Shown: one piece after another, positions 43,284-57,310 of the stretch
How positions within the stretch are numbered: position 1 is the stretch's first letter
Layout of the letters: the number at the start of each line of letters is the position of its first letter
From: Eledone cirrhosa
Lineage: Eukaryota
NCBI GenBank assembly: GCA_964016885.1
Contig: OZ024743.1
Span: 274,412,001 to 274,476,000 of the forward strand
DNA length: 64,000 nucleotides
Reading direction: 5' to 3'
The notes under the pieces: model-generated
Seen by the model: only the letters and a program-made list of their open reading frames with translations
Told to the model about the DNA's origin: nothing
Database searches by the model: none
Program-made: the position numbers and the translations under genes

Positions 43284-43550
43284 AGAAATAAAACCCTTTT
43301 TGTACAGCTTACCATGTTATTCTTCAATATTTCACTATATATATATATATATACATACATTTAGGTTTGTTGGTTCACCACTGGATAGAACTGGTCATTC
43401 CGTATAGTCAACCTTGATGTAATATTAGGGAGAGCACTCGACGTAATGCAACTCACCCGTCTTCGTTTGTGTTGTTGGTGGTGCGAGTACAGAGTTAATT
43501 ATTATAAAATAACAGGAGGCTGGACTGGTGTAATTCCTTAAAGGTTTATT

Positions 43551-43608
43551 ATGCTATGAACATTTCAATGACCGGGTCCAGTATGAATCCGGTGACATCA
43601 TCAGGTAT
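43551..43608 (-). ncRNA. Degenerate minimal hammerhead
   Basis: ATAC-CTGATGA-TGTCACCGG...CCGGTCATT-GAAA-TGTTCA-TA-GCAT. Stem I is weak. Confidence 0.55.
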
Positions 43609-43728
43609 TCCGAAATTGATCCAACAAAGGAATATAGTAGACACAATCCAAGGGGCTGAAAGGCAGAGAGAGAGATGTCCAAGACGAGAAGGCGGCCAAA
43701 AATTAGCAGTTGGTAGTTCGGGTGGCCG

Positions 43729-43815
<87 letters not shown>

Positions 43816-45069
43816 GGGTTATATTTTTTTTCTTTACGTTGTATGGTGTAACTAATAGCTAGCTGGGTTTGTGTTTCAGTCATTCCGATCAGTAGATCAT
43901 GATGCAATATTCAAAATCCCTCGACGTCATGGTTATCTTCCATCATAGTTGTGCTATCTCTTAGGATGGTACATGAAAGTAGTTAAATACTTCAATGAAA
44001 AACATGAAAAGGCCGAGTTTAGATCGAACTAAGGAAACAATGTTTCTTATAGGTCTTACCATTGTTTATATTATCTATCTGTCGAAACTCCTGGCACACG
44101 AGGTGATTTGAAATATGAACACAGTACACCGGATAGTGCGTTAATTGAACACACTCTAACCACTAAACAAAATACATTGTTGAGAAGTCATAACTATTAA
44201 TTCATCTATTCGACGTCAGCCAATTTTAATAAACATCGGAAGATGTCTGTCTTTCATCGTTTTAATACTTTTCAATACCTTAATTACATCATGTTTAAGT
44301 ATGGGTGTGTTAATTTGATATATAAAGCAATACTTCTGTCTGTGGTGTTTTCACCTGCTGTCTTTGAACAGGAACCTGCTAGGTAGGGTTATACATTGGT
44401 ACGCGAATCTTTGCATTCTTTAAATTTATTCCACTCAATATCTTCAATGGATATGAGTGTTTGTATTTATGCGTGACTCTTTTGAAAACTTTTGACTAGT
44501 GGGGTTCATTGTTGTCGTTCTCGCAGCTAATGCATTTTCTTTTTCTTTATTTCCTCTTTTTCAAATTGCTATCGAGTTTATTTATTCATCACCATAATTA
44601 TTATTTCATATATTTTTTTTCTTTTAAAGAAGAACTGCTGGCGGCATCGTTCATTAATTATTTATAAAATGTCTCAAACAATGTTTATAGTATCTTGCTG
44701 TAATACCTATTATATTTGCTTAATGTGCTTTTTACAGTTCGGATTGCAAAGTATATGATGATCTCACTAGTTTATGGTTAGAAACAGTACTAACAGTACT
44801 AAACTAACATATATTATGTTTGAGAGAGCGGTATATACACACTAAAATACGAAACAGTGATACTGTTCCATTTGCACTTATAACTAGGTTCGTTCTCTCA
44901 TATGCCGACTAATTATCAAACCTATCTTAGCAGTTTATCATAAGTATGTGTAGATGTGATATCCATACTATGTCTATCGATTGAACCATCACGTTTATCT
45001 ATTGTATGTTGGCAAATTATACTTGAGAGCTTCTAAAGCTTGTCTGCCTTTTCGTCTCTCTCTCTCTCC

Positions 45070-45107
<38 letters not shown>

Positions 45108-45643
45108 GTTTGTAGCACACATCTCGTAATTCTTTCTAAAAGTGTGTACTTCTCAAAGTCAAGCAACTTGCAATTTGATGGATCTACTTGTCCTTGTCAA
45201 CATTATCATTGAGATTAATTACTTAAGAAATGTTCTTAAATCTATTAACTATTTCCTTACATGACGTGGCGTTTACGAACATTACACAGCTATTTTTGTC
45301 TCATCACACCGTTAGGATTTTTTAGCATTTGCTCTGAATATTCTGGTCCACTATATGATAGGGCATCTTATTCCATCTGCAGTAAATATTTTCTTGACTC
45401 TGTAGTACACCGTAAACCTACTTTGCGGCAAGACATATCTGTGTATTTACGAAGCATTTACATGTCTATAGAATGCTCATTCTCTTGCATATTAATTTCA
45501 GTCTGTTCCGTTGAATAACAGGATCTGTCGTCGATGGAACCGACGGAGATCCGAAAACATGTCGCAACAGTCACCAAATGGGAATGACAGGCGTTACCAA
45601 GCTGCATTTGTCATATTACGTAGTTTTTATTATATGTATATTA

Positions 45644-46594
45644 CACTATGTAACGAAAATTTTACTTTTTTTGTCTTAGGTCAATAAGTGCTATGTCCTG
45701 CTTTCTTCTTCCTAGAAAGCACAGGAAAAGACTATTATTCTCCTGTAACTTTGCTTTTGTGACTTAAACACCCACTAGATGATCCCCGGAATGTATTGTT
45801 CCCACCACTTCACTTAAAATTGGGCCTTATGAAACAGTTTGTCACAGCTCTAGATAAGGAGTAGGCAGCCTTCAAGTACCTTCGAGACTTCTTCCCTAAG
45901 GTGTCTGAGGCAAAAGTGAAAGCCGGTGTCTTCGTCGGACCACAAATAAAAAAGATCATGGAGTGCAAGGAATTCCCCAGGAAGCTCGCTAAGACAGAGG
46001 AGGCAGCGTAGATTAGGTTGTTACAGTGGTTTGGGGCTTCATGTAGAATCACAAGGCCGAAAATTATGTGGAACTTGTTGAGACCCTGAAGAACTTCGGC
46101 AAAATGGGGTTCAGGATGTTCCTCAAAGTACATATACTTGACGCTCATTTTGATAAATTCAAGGGTGCATAGGAGCGTACTCTGAAGAGCAAGGCGAGCG
46201 TTTCCACCAGGATATACTTGACTTGGAACGTCGCTATCAAGGACCATATAATGAAAATATGATGGGAGACTATATAGGAGGGCTGATTCTTGAAAGCAAG
46301 TGGCAGCTTATGCGTAAATCCTGAAAACCTACTTACTTTGAAATTTTTTGTATAATCCTAGAATAAATAAATGCGACTTTTTGAATTATATGTCATTTTA
46401 TTCCAGCTTTGCTTGAACGGAATGTTCGCATTTAGCAGTTTTTTCCAATGGGATTAGGTCAATCTAGAAATATCATTATCATGGCCATAAAAGCAAAGTT
46501 CTAAGGAAAAATTAGTCATCTTTCATACTTTCTAGGCATAAGGAAATAGAAAATAATATTTGCTCCCGAAGGACAAAAATCGTGTTACACTGTG
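45644..46594 (+). mobile_element. Internally deleted Chapaev3-like (CMC) DNA transposon with transposase remnant
   Basis: TTA|CACTATGTAAC...GTTACACTGTG|TAA. Remnant PPLHLKLGLMKQFV, FPKVSEAKVKAGVFVGPQIK, SEEQGERFHQDI, RYQG. Family assigned from memory of motifs. Confidence 0.78.
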
Positions 46595-46842
46595 TAATCA
46601 AATCTTTGAATTCTTCTACCCATTGTTTTATGTATAATATAGTGTGACTAGCTACCACACTCACAATCTGGTAGTAAAAGTGTATTGTTTCATATAGACA
46701 GAGTACTACATAGAGAAGGCGAACACGATTGTGGCAAATTTTCAACATAGAACACAAATGGCCATGACTAAACATTGTAGTGAATTTTCTCTGACGCTCT
46801 ACAATTTCGTATGTATGTATTTATTATGTATGTATGTATGTA

Positions 46843-46891
<49 letters not shown>

Positions 46892-47154
46892 GCGTGTGTG
46901 TGTGTGTACATATGTATGTATATATATGTATGTATGTGTGAAAACACGTGGATTAGTGGTTGTAGTATTCGGCTCATGGACATAGGGCCATGCCTTCAAT
47001 TCCCAGTGGCGAGTTGAATCCGTTTCACCTCTTTCAAGACTCCGATCAGAAACATTTACACGAAATTCACTTATTTATATGCTCGCCATTCTGAAGAATA
47101 ACGTCGGTTGAGAGAACTTGGCGCTAACTTAATAAGTTATAGCATTGTGATATA

Positions 47155-47346
47155 ATTGTTTCTACTTTTGGCAATCACCCAGCAAGACCAGCAATCACCC
47201 AGTGTATTACTGCTACTTTATTTTATCGACCCCATAAGGATGAAAAGCAAAGTTAACCTCGGCGGAATTTGAACTCAGAATGGCAAGGGCCGTAACTCTA
47301 TGTGTCAAAGCATGGCGTCCGACCCTCTACCGATACTGCTAATCCA
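47155..47346 (-). mobile_element. Same SINE family
   Basis: Reverse complement of 5393-5578. Confidence 0.88.
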
Positions 47347-47622
47347 AATATTGAACGACTGCATAAAATATGGCTCCGAAATATTTAACAAATATTTCAG
47401 TTTGAATTTTTGGCCAAGAATATTATTTGCTTCGATTTTCCTTAGATGAACTCTGATCAATCAGACATAACAATAGAGTCGTTCCATACATGACCATCAA
47501 GTCCTTCTGCATATCTACTTATAGTATTTTAAAGGGTCCGTCGAGCTGCCGATCATTGAGTCGGGTAGGATCGATACAGCGCGTCACCTACCAATAAATG
47601 TAATGAAGGAGTAACCAATCGT

Positions 47623-47674
<52 letters not shown>

Positions 47675-47942
47675 GGCAAGGCCAGCCGTAACTCGCTCGG
47701 TATGCAAATGAGGCTAATCCGCCGATGTATACTTGAGAAAATACTGTATATTTTCAAATGTTCAACAAATTGACACAGATGTAAACAGTCCTGACATCGG
47801 GTAATGACCCAGAATCATGTTGATTGTTCCTCGATTCCACTGTTGAACAAACGGATGACGATTGGTCATCGGCACAGCAGAGCTTTCTCGGGCCATTTGC
47901 TTGCAAACGAATCGAATATTATTATTAATGTTCGATATAACC

Positions 47943-48036
<94 letters not shown>

Positions 48037-48448
48037 AGTATATATATATATATGTGTGTACGTATGCATACTTAAATATTTATATATATATATATATAAT
48101 CTTTATTTTATATATGAATGATATCTGCAGGATTACAAGTGTTTCATTTGTATGAAATCATCAGGAAAGTCCTGATACAAATGAAACGGTTCTACTCCTG
48201 TATAAGTGATTTCTATATAAGATAAATGTTCCTATATTCTATGAACGGATTGGGTACCTTTTTTAACCGTGATCACCTCGCGATAGCCATCGGGAATCCA
48301 CCCAGAATTATATATATATATATATATATAGGTGTGTGTGTAGTGTATGGTGAGTGTGTGTGTGTGTGTGTGCGCGCGTGCTAGTGTGGAAATATGTATG
48401 TGTGTATGTATGAATGTATGCATGTATGTATGTATGTATTATTTATAA

Positions 48449-48638
48449 TTGTTTCTACTTTTTTTGGCACATGGCCAGCAATTACTCAGTGTATTACTGG
48501 TATTTTATTTTATCGACCCCATAAGGATGAAAGGCAAAGTTAACCTCGGCGGGATTTGAACTCAGAATGGCAAGGGCCGCAACTCTATGCGTCAAAGCAT
48601 GGCGCCCGATCCTCTACCGATACTGCCAATCCACCGCC
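48449..48638 (-). mobile_element. Same SINE family, full length with TSD TGTATTATTTATA
   Basis: Reverse complement of 5393-5578, with a flanking direct repeat. Confidence 0.9.
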
Positions 48639-49282
48639 ATTGTATTATTTATACCATGAAACCAGCTCCATTATTGTTGCTGTCTTATGGAGATATCGCA
48701 TGTCATGATAATGATAAGGTTTCTGCTACGCCTTCCTTAAACAATTATATGAATTTTCTGTCAAAGAACGAAAAATATACTCGAACAATAGCAGTTGTAC
48801 AAAGAGATAAAAAACAATAAAACCATCTGCTTTGTATATTTTTAATAATTATTTTCTAATTTCTATATAGTTTTATAAAAAGAAATGTTGGACATCATTT
48901 CTGCTAAAATCATAGCGTGGGTTTAGAAAAGATTCTTTTAATGTCTGCAATATAAAAAATATTGCAAAATCAGCTTTATTGAATACGTGGGTGAATAAGT
49001 TACTAGATTAATACCTAGATTACAAGGATTGTATAAATCGTTTATGAATATGTAAGACAACTGGAAGACACAAGTTGTAGAATGGATTAGATAAATGATG
49101 GGCAATACTGAGACAGGAATATCTTTTGAAGTAGAACATCGGTTAAATACCAACAAACACGCACACACATACGCACACGCACACACACACACACACTCAT
49201 ACAAAACTATTTGCTGCCATATGATTATATCTACATATGCATACATTCGCTTATATTGTATATATATCTGTATGTATGTGTG

Positions 49283-49387
<105 letters not shown>

Positions 49388-49878
49388 ATTACGAACGCAT
49401 GTATATATATATATATACATATGTACGTTATAAGCGCATGTATATATATGAGTGTGTGTGTATTATCTGAGTGTGTGTGTATTATCTGAGTGTAGAGTGA
49501 GGTGTAGAAATGAAAGCAATAACAACAATATTGAAATGTTTAATCAGTGCCGATATTTCCGGTAAAGTACATCTTTTTGAATATATTAAAGGAAAGAAAG
49601 CAGAAGAGAAAGTTAACCTATACGTCCATAACTATGGCATGTCCATTAAATCGGCATACCAACCTAATTGAGGTCTAATTACACTCTCGTGTTCTCTTAA
49701 CTGTTTCGTAAAGGGTTATTTATCAGGAAATATCAGGATTAATTAAATATTTTGAATGTTACATTTCAACATTTTTTTTTATTTACCTATTCAATGTTCT
49801 ATTTGCATCGGTGTAGCTTTGTCACCTACGTGACTTTCTACAGGTCCATAAAGGCTTCAAGCAAATTACAACACTCTC

Positions 49879-50011
<133 letters not shown>

Positions 50012-50209
50012 GTTTTGAGATGAGTGACAATTGTATGAATGCACTTATGATGTAAGATGCTTGTTTGATGATATATGCATGGCTTTGCGCCAAACTGAAG
50101 AAGGCAACTTGAGAATCTGTGAAAAGGACTTCAACGATGTTGACAAAGATTGATGAATCAAAGTTTATGGATGTCTAGTCTCTTTTGATTTCGACTACTA
50201 CATTATGGT

Positions 50210-50266
<57 letters not shown>

Positions 50267-50439
50267 TTAGAACCCATTCAGAAGAAGTCTGAAAGGACGG
50301 AAAGGCCCATGGAGTGAACATGTTTTTGAAATTATCAAATAGAAGTTTTGAATCATTTTGCCGATCTGTCTCAGTGTCTGTACTTTGAATTCAGTGTATA
50401 TATGCTTGTGATATGTTAACATGAATAAATGTTTGTGTT

Positions 50440-50489
<50 letters not shown>

Positions 50490-52090
50490 AACGAGTAAGA
50501 CCCCCCGACGGCAGAGCTCAAGCCGTTTTGACGGCTAATTCTGAACTTCTGAGTCCAGAATTAGCCGTCGAAACGGCTTGAGCTCAGCCGTCGAGGTCCT
50601 ACTCGTTCCTATTACCCACTCTACTACCCTAAGTATTGAGTACTTTGGCGCGTTATGGTCCACCTGGTTCCTTACCACATTTCCTTCGTAATATACATTA
50701 TACAACAGGTTGTAAGTGTATAAATATCTATATAGATTAATAATTGTGCAAGTATAAGTATTATTGGTGATTTTATAGAAATTAACCACAATTATTAGTT
50801 GTTTACATTTCTCATATGTGTTACGAAGGAGGTTGATTTTGCATGTTACATTAAAAAAAAAAGAAAAAGACGTAGTTCAAGTTGTAAGAGGAGAACCATT
50901 TGTAGATTCAAATATTTTGTTCCAACATTGAAAATGTTTTCAGAATATTGTTAATTTAGCGAAGTTATATAGTTTATCATACAAGTTATATGTATGTTTG
51001 CTCAATTGTAAAGAAAAAGATAACTCTAATTTTATTTGCTAACCGTTAAATTTGATGAATGATTTACTCAGAAAGTATGTAGAGAAAATTAGATATTATT
51101 TTGTGTGAGATTAATTTTTTTCAAGGATGAGAATTTCAATTACATATTGTTTAAGTCGAAAGATGTGTGAAAAGTTTGAAGATCAAAAAGAGGAAAAAAG
51201 TATTATGCATTTCGAAGAACTATCGTAAAGAGGATATCTTTCAGAATGTCAATTAAAGATTATCAATCTAGATCTAAAAAAAAATTATTAATCTATATAG
51301 ATATTTATATACTTACAGCCTGTTGTAATGTAATAAGATAAAATGTACTTACAACCATAATTCTTCATATAATCTAATTGATTATATATACAATATTATA
51401 ACTCATAATATAGCTAAATAATTTTTTTAAATTCTGGAATCATATTCCACCATTCCTACAAACTGTTAATTATTTTTAAATTAACGTAAATACAAGCTCT
51501 TCTTTCTTTATCTTTCTTCTTCCTACACATACATACATATATCCTAATAATTATTTAAATATACATAGCGTCTAAAAATAACGTTTTTTTGTTAGCCCTA
51601 TACCTCAACCTCATTTGCATACTCATCTTAATAATTTGAAATATTTGACTTTTCTTCTCTTTCCCTTCTTTCCTTCACTATCCAGGAAAAACTTGAACCG
51701 TTAAGTTCTTCTTCCTGGTTATGTCAATATTTATAAAACAAACTTTGTATTTTGTCTGATGTTAGCTTACCAAAGTGTTGGTACCCTTGAAATATATATA
51801 ATAGAATAAATATAGTTTTATAAATTTAGTTTCCATTTATTTAATATCATTGAATATTATACCCCAGAAAACTTGTCGAGTGCTTTGAATCAGTTATAAA
51901 CATTTATATTTGTTGAATTACCGATGAATATATATAGGAAAGTAAAAAACAAACAACAACACAGGAGTACAAGTTACTAATATATATATATATATGAATA
52001 AAAATAGACAAGGGTTAAAATGTCCTCTTCAGTAGTCTTCTGATTTATCGTTTTGTTATTTCGACGCATTAAAGACTATATATGTATGTA

Positions 52091-52132
<42 letters not shown>

Positions 52133-52454
52133 GAGAAGAAAGAATACTGCGTGGTTGCACATGGGTTACATATGATAAAAATAGTCCTTCGTCAGTATAT
52201 ATATATATATATATATATATAGTAATAATAATAAATTTCAAGACTAAAATCCAAAGAGGGCTCGATAAGGATAAATATATATCAAATATATAAGAACCGT
52301 AGAGCAAATATTTATTAAAATAACAGATTAAAGTTTAAGCAAAGTAATCTGTTATTTTAATAAATATATATATATATATATATTTATGCATGTATATATA
52401 TATGTATATGTATATATATGTACATATATATATAAGTATAGATAGATAGATATA

Positions 52455-52542
<88 letters not shown>

Positions 52543-52854
52543 AGGTACCCCCAGAAATACATAGGTTGTCTATGATTCAAGGTGGTTCTATGGTAATAAT
52601 TTGATATACCAGAACTTAATATCAAGATAAGCAGAACAAGTAAAATTCAACCAATTTTTCAAAATAAATCAAAATTAATTTAAAATTAAAATTAATCAAA
52701 ATTAAAAAATATAATATAAATATTTACCTATTCAAATGGCCCTTACTGTACAGTTTCACTTTGCAAAACATTAGATATCACATAGATATTAATGGAAAAA
52801 CAAAGATCATCAGAGAAGCATTTTCATTTCCTAGGGTTAAAAACCTCAGGAACG

Positions 52855-52968
<114 letters not shown>

Positions 52969-53564
52969 TTTAACCCTTGTCTATTTTTATTCATATATTC
53001 ATGTTCGCAACAACGCAGCACGCCATTTTTCATTCACATAATTTTTCCCTTCGTGGTGGTTCGTATATTTTCTGTTACCTTATTGCTATCACCCCTTCTC
53101 TCACCTTCACCCCTTGCCTTCCTCAACTCCTGCTGCCGGTCACTCACTCTCGGCTGGTCCTTCCTTCCACTTTCACTCACTCCCTTTTTTCTTCTCCGCC
53201 CCTCTCACTTCCTCCCGTCTGACCTGCTTGAATTTCTTTCCTTTTTCAATTTTCTCGCAGCTCGGACCTGTCTATTTCTCCTCGTCAATTTTATATGTCG
53301 GGCTTATGCCCACGTGATTCATTGACTTGTCTCTATTTTTCCTCTCTTTTCGTTGCATACGACCCTGTGTTGTTTTCTTCTCTCCGTTTTCCCACTGTCC
53401 CGATAACTTAATTGAATTATCGCCTGCACTGATTTTAGATATGTAGTCTTTAATGCGTCGAAATACCAACGATAAATCAGAAGACTACTGAAGAGGACAT
53501 GTTAACCCTTGTCTATTTTTATTCATATATTCATGTTCGCAACAACGCAGCATGCCATTTTTCA

Positions 53565-53649
<85 letters not shown>

Positions 53650-54170
53650 CCATTAACACAAGTGAAGTCATTCTTTTTCTTTTTTAAATATAAATATATA
53701 TATATATTAAAAAAGGAAAATAATTACTTCACTTGGAGTTGTAAACAATTTAATTTAATTTTATAATATTATAATTTTACAAATTTGGTTTTGTAAATCT
53801 AGTAAGTTCTTTGTTAACTTCAGTGGGAAGGTTTTTTTAAAGATTCCTGGTTATCTTTCCTGGAGAACTTTCTCGCATTCATAGGTGGCGATTGTCGAAC
53901 TGATCTCTGGTTGTGTTGTGATGTGTGACTCTATATATAAGAGATTTGGGTGTGTCGGAAGAGGGTTGTTAATGATTGTTGGAGTGAAGGAGTGTTGATA
54001 AAGATTTAAAGGAATTAAAGCATATATATACAGAAAATAGTGAATGTTAGATAATTGATTGGGAGTGGATTTGGGAGGTGTTGGGTGTTTACAGAGTGTT
54101 TTAGAAAGAGGTAAAATTGCCCTCCTGCTGGTTCCATTTCAATAGACGACCTTTGGTGAATAAAATATAA

Positions 54171-54352
54171 TTCTTTCTACGTTTGGCACAAGGCCAGCAA
54201 TTACCCAGTGCATTACTAGTACTTTATTTTATCGACCCCGTAAGGAGGAAAGGCAAAGTTAACCTCGGCGGGATTTGAACTCAGAATGGCAAGGGCCGTA
54301 ACTATATACGTCAAAGCATGGCGTCCGACTCTCTACCGATACTGCCAATCCA
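54171..54352 (-). mobile_element. Same SINE family
   Basis: Reverse complement of 5393-5578. Confidence 0.88.
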
Positions 54353-54711
54353 CCTCGGCCGGATGTTTTTCAAAGTTTTTTCTTATAGCTGAATCAACTA
54401 TCTTAAATCTAAAAACAAAAACTCCAACAATATTCTATATTAAAGATGAATTTGGGTGTGCGTCTGGTGGATACATGTCTTTTGATAAAAATTGGATGAC
54501 AGCAAAGAGAAAAATAAGATTAGTTTTTTAATATTTGTTGATAGAAATGTATGTTGTTGATATTGGTTTGGGAGGGGGGGGGGCTGAGATAGTTTGACAA
54601 TCGCCACCGACGAATGCAAGAAAGCTCTCCAGGAGATTTAACCAAGAATCTTTAAAAAATCTACCAACAGAAGTTAACAAAGAATTCTTTCTACAAAACC
54701 AAATTGTATAA

Positions 54712-55684
54712 TCTATATATATAAAACTGTGGTTGTCTGTCTGTCTATCGATTTTTGGCACACATCTCCTCTTAGAATCTCTCACGGAATTGCACCGAAA
54801 TTGCTATACTTGTACATTGAGCCCTAGCGAAGACATCGGAAAAAAAATATTTCAAATTGACCCACCCTATGTGACGAAATCGAATATAATGTATCGATTT
54901 TTGAGCGTAAGTTATCAGTTATTTCCCTTTGTTTTGTTTACATTGAGCGTCTTACGTAAAAAATTACGCTGGCTTTCTCAGCGTTTAAAATGACATTAAC
55001 ACAATACACGAACAGACAGTTGTCGAGCCAGCAAAATATTGACCTGCAAAATTCATCAGTTCGAACACTAAGCTTCCGTTTTGCTTCATTTCCATTTAAA
55101 AGCATTTTAAAACAATATTTTTACTTGAAAACAAGTCTATTTAAAGACTACGTAAAACAAGCAAATATTTCGTCGTTAGGCGTGCAGACAGACAGTCGTG
55201 CAGAGAGGTGATATACGCGTGCAGACAGATAGTCGTGCAGAGAGGTGATATAGGCGTGCAGACAGACAGTCGTGCAGAGAGGTGATATAGGCGTGCAGAC
55301 AGACAGTCGTGCAGAGAGGTGATATAGGCGTGCAGACAGACAGTCGTGCAGAGAGGTGATATAGGCGTGCAGACAGACATAACTGATAATTTGGTTACGC
55401 TAATGTTTTTCTCTGCGTTGCAGTGTTTACATTTTCGATCTTTGTTAATAAATAACCAGTGCAGTTTCTATCCCCAGCATCCTCTTTTGTTATAACATTC
55501 GGGTTATCGTTATGTTTTCTTAACTTCATAAGGCATATTGTTGGTTGAGGGAATATTAATCAAAAACACCACATGCAAGTCTGCACAGTAGACACTACAG
55601 TTTTTAAGCCAAGAAAGAAACTTAACATTGTAACTTTAACACAGCTACTGAGCGACCCCGAGCAACGCCGGGCTTTACTGCTAG
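54712..55684 (+). mobile_element. Non-autonomous Helitron
   Basis: A|TCTATATATATAAAA 5' end, (GTCT)n, subterminal hairpin CCCGAGCAACGCCGGG and CTAG|T 3' end. Confidence 0.82.
55179..55378. repeat. 37-bp minisatellite, about 5.4 copies, inside the Helitron
   Basis: Unit GGCGTGCAGACAGACAGTCGTGCAGAGAGGTGATATA, head to tail without spacers. Confidence 0.92.
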
Positions 55685-55873
55685 TTATAATATAAAATTA
55701 AATTAAATTGTTTAGAACTACAAGTGAAGTAATCATTTTCCTTTTTTTAAATATACCTAACTGTACCAAGGATTTCACACATTTTCCAATACATATAAAT
55801 ATGTGCAACTGTGTGTGTGCACGCACACACGCACACATACATATATGCATGTATATGTGTGTGTATATATATA

Positions 55874-55941
<68 letters not shown>

Positions 55942-56657
55942 GGTGTGTGTGTGTGTGAGTATAATACACCAAAAATATATTTTCTTGTATTAAAGTACTC
56001 AATACATTTCAGTATATCAATACGATTTGTATTGAATTTATTGCAATATATAAGGTACTATATATACGTAAACGATGAGTTACAGAAAAAAAAACGTCAA
56101 CGCGTACATATTGAAATTAGTTTGTATCTATTAATCTGGATATAGCTTTTTAGATATTTCTAAATACACATATGTGGGTTTGGAATCTCCGTCGGTTCCG
56201 ACGACGAGTGTTCCAGTTGTTCAAAGAACGCAACAGCCAGCTCGTGGAATTAATGTGCAGGTTGCCCAGTGTTTCACAGTTATTTGTATAGCTTTAACGT
56301 AGTTTTCAGAGATATCTAATGTCACACGATACATGGTAAGGTTGGGCCTTTGATGTACAGACACAACTCGTATTTTTCAGCTGAGTAAACAAGAGCAACG
56401 TGAAATAAAGTGTCTTACTCAGAGACACAGCCCATCATGAGCCAACTACTGTAATTACTAAGGCACGAGCCTTTATATACTCACATATTCATACATTTTT
56501 TCATATTTCCAGAATATGGGAATTGTTTCTGAAATTCACCCGCTTATAAACGTTCTGTTGTGGTTATCACAAATTGGTTTCATTTAATATTTGTTGATTG
56601 TTTCATTGTTTATTATCCTGTTTGACTGCATCTCTTTTTTTTTTTGCTCCTCTCTAG

Positions 56658-56739
56658 GACCAAACAGAAACCAGTCCTTACGGCACATTAAACATTCGGG
56701 TTTTTTACAAGTACGAAATACAGACGTTATTAGTAGAAG
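56658..56739 (+). CDS. BAIAP3: Coding exon F, start of C2B (DQTETSPYGTLNIRVFYKYEIQTLLVE+G)
   Basis: Long poly-T tract and tctctag|GAC, donor GAAG|gtaaca, 82 nt, phase 0/1. YG.L.IR..Y......L.VE C2 strands 1-2. Confidence 0.9.
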
Positions 56740-57226
56740 GTAACAACTTTTCTTTTTTTTTACTACTCTTCTATCCTGAAATTTCAATGTTTTCCTCTTT
56801 AGCACGGTGATATATTGTATATGTTGATATCTTCTGCTTTATGTTGTCACATAAATTATATGGCATTTAGACGGGAATGTTTCGCATAAGTTATTACATA
56901 TTCTTGTCGCTAAGATATCATATAATTCATAACATTGACACATGAGATGTTCCTGGGAGGAGGTGTTGTACTTACTACTGCATCGGGAAGAACACAGAAA
57001 ATACCAAAAGAAGAAAATGAATAATATCCACGCAATTTTAACAATTTTGTTATCTATCTCCTAACATTTAGAATTATGAGCGATATTTCGTAGAGAAACA
57101 AATGTTGTTTTGTCAGTATCGTATCTAATAAGTCACTTAACTTTATTTTGATATAAGGGCATAGAAAATAAATATGCCTCTCGTGTTCTATCCAAAAGGA
57201 AAAGGAGCGAGGGAAAGAGAGAGAGG

Positions 57227-57310
<84 letters not shown>

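Noticed and set aside
45810-46247. 145-aa minus-strand ORF
   Set aside because: Antisense shadow of the plus-strand transposase remnant.
52185-52200. CTGACGA-AGGAC on minus as a hammerhead
   Set aside because: No matching GTCC-GAAA half and no stem I partner.
55179-55378. 37-bp repeats of CRISPR-like length
   Set aside because: No unique spacers, no cas genes, eukaryotic context. It is a minisatellite within a Helitron.
56513-56580. Possible exon after tttccag at 56512
   Set aside because: No similarity to the expected C2B start. The exon at 56658-56739 fits sequence and phase.
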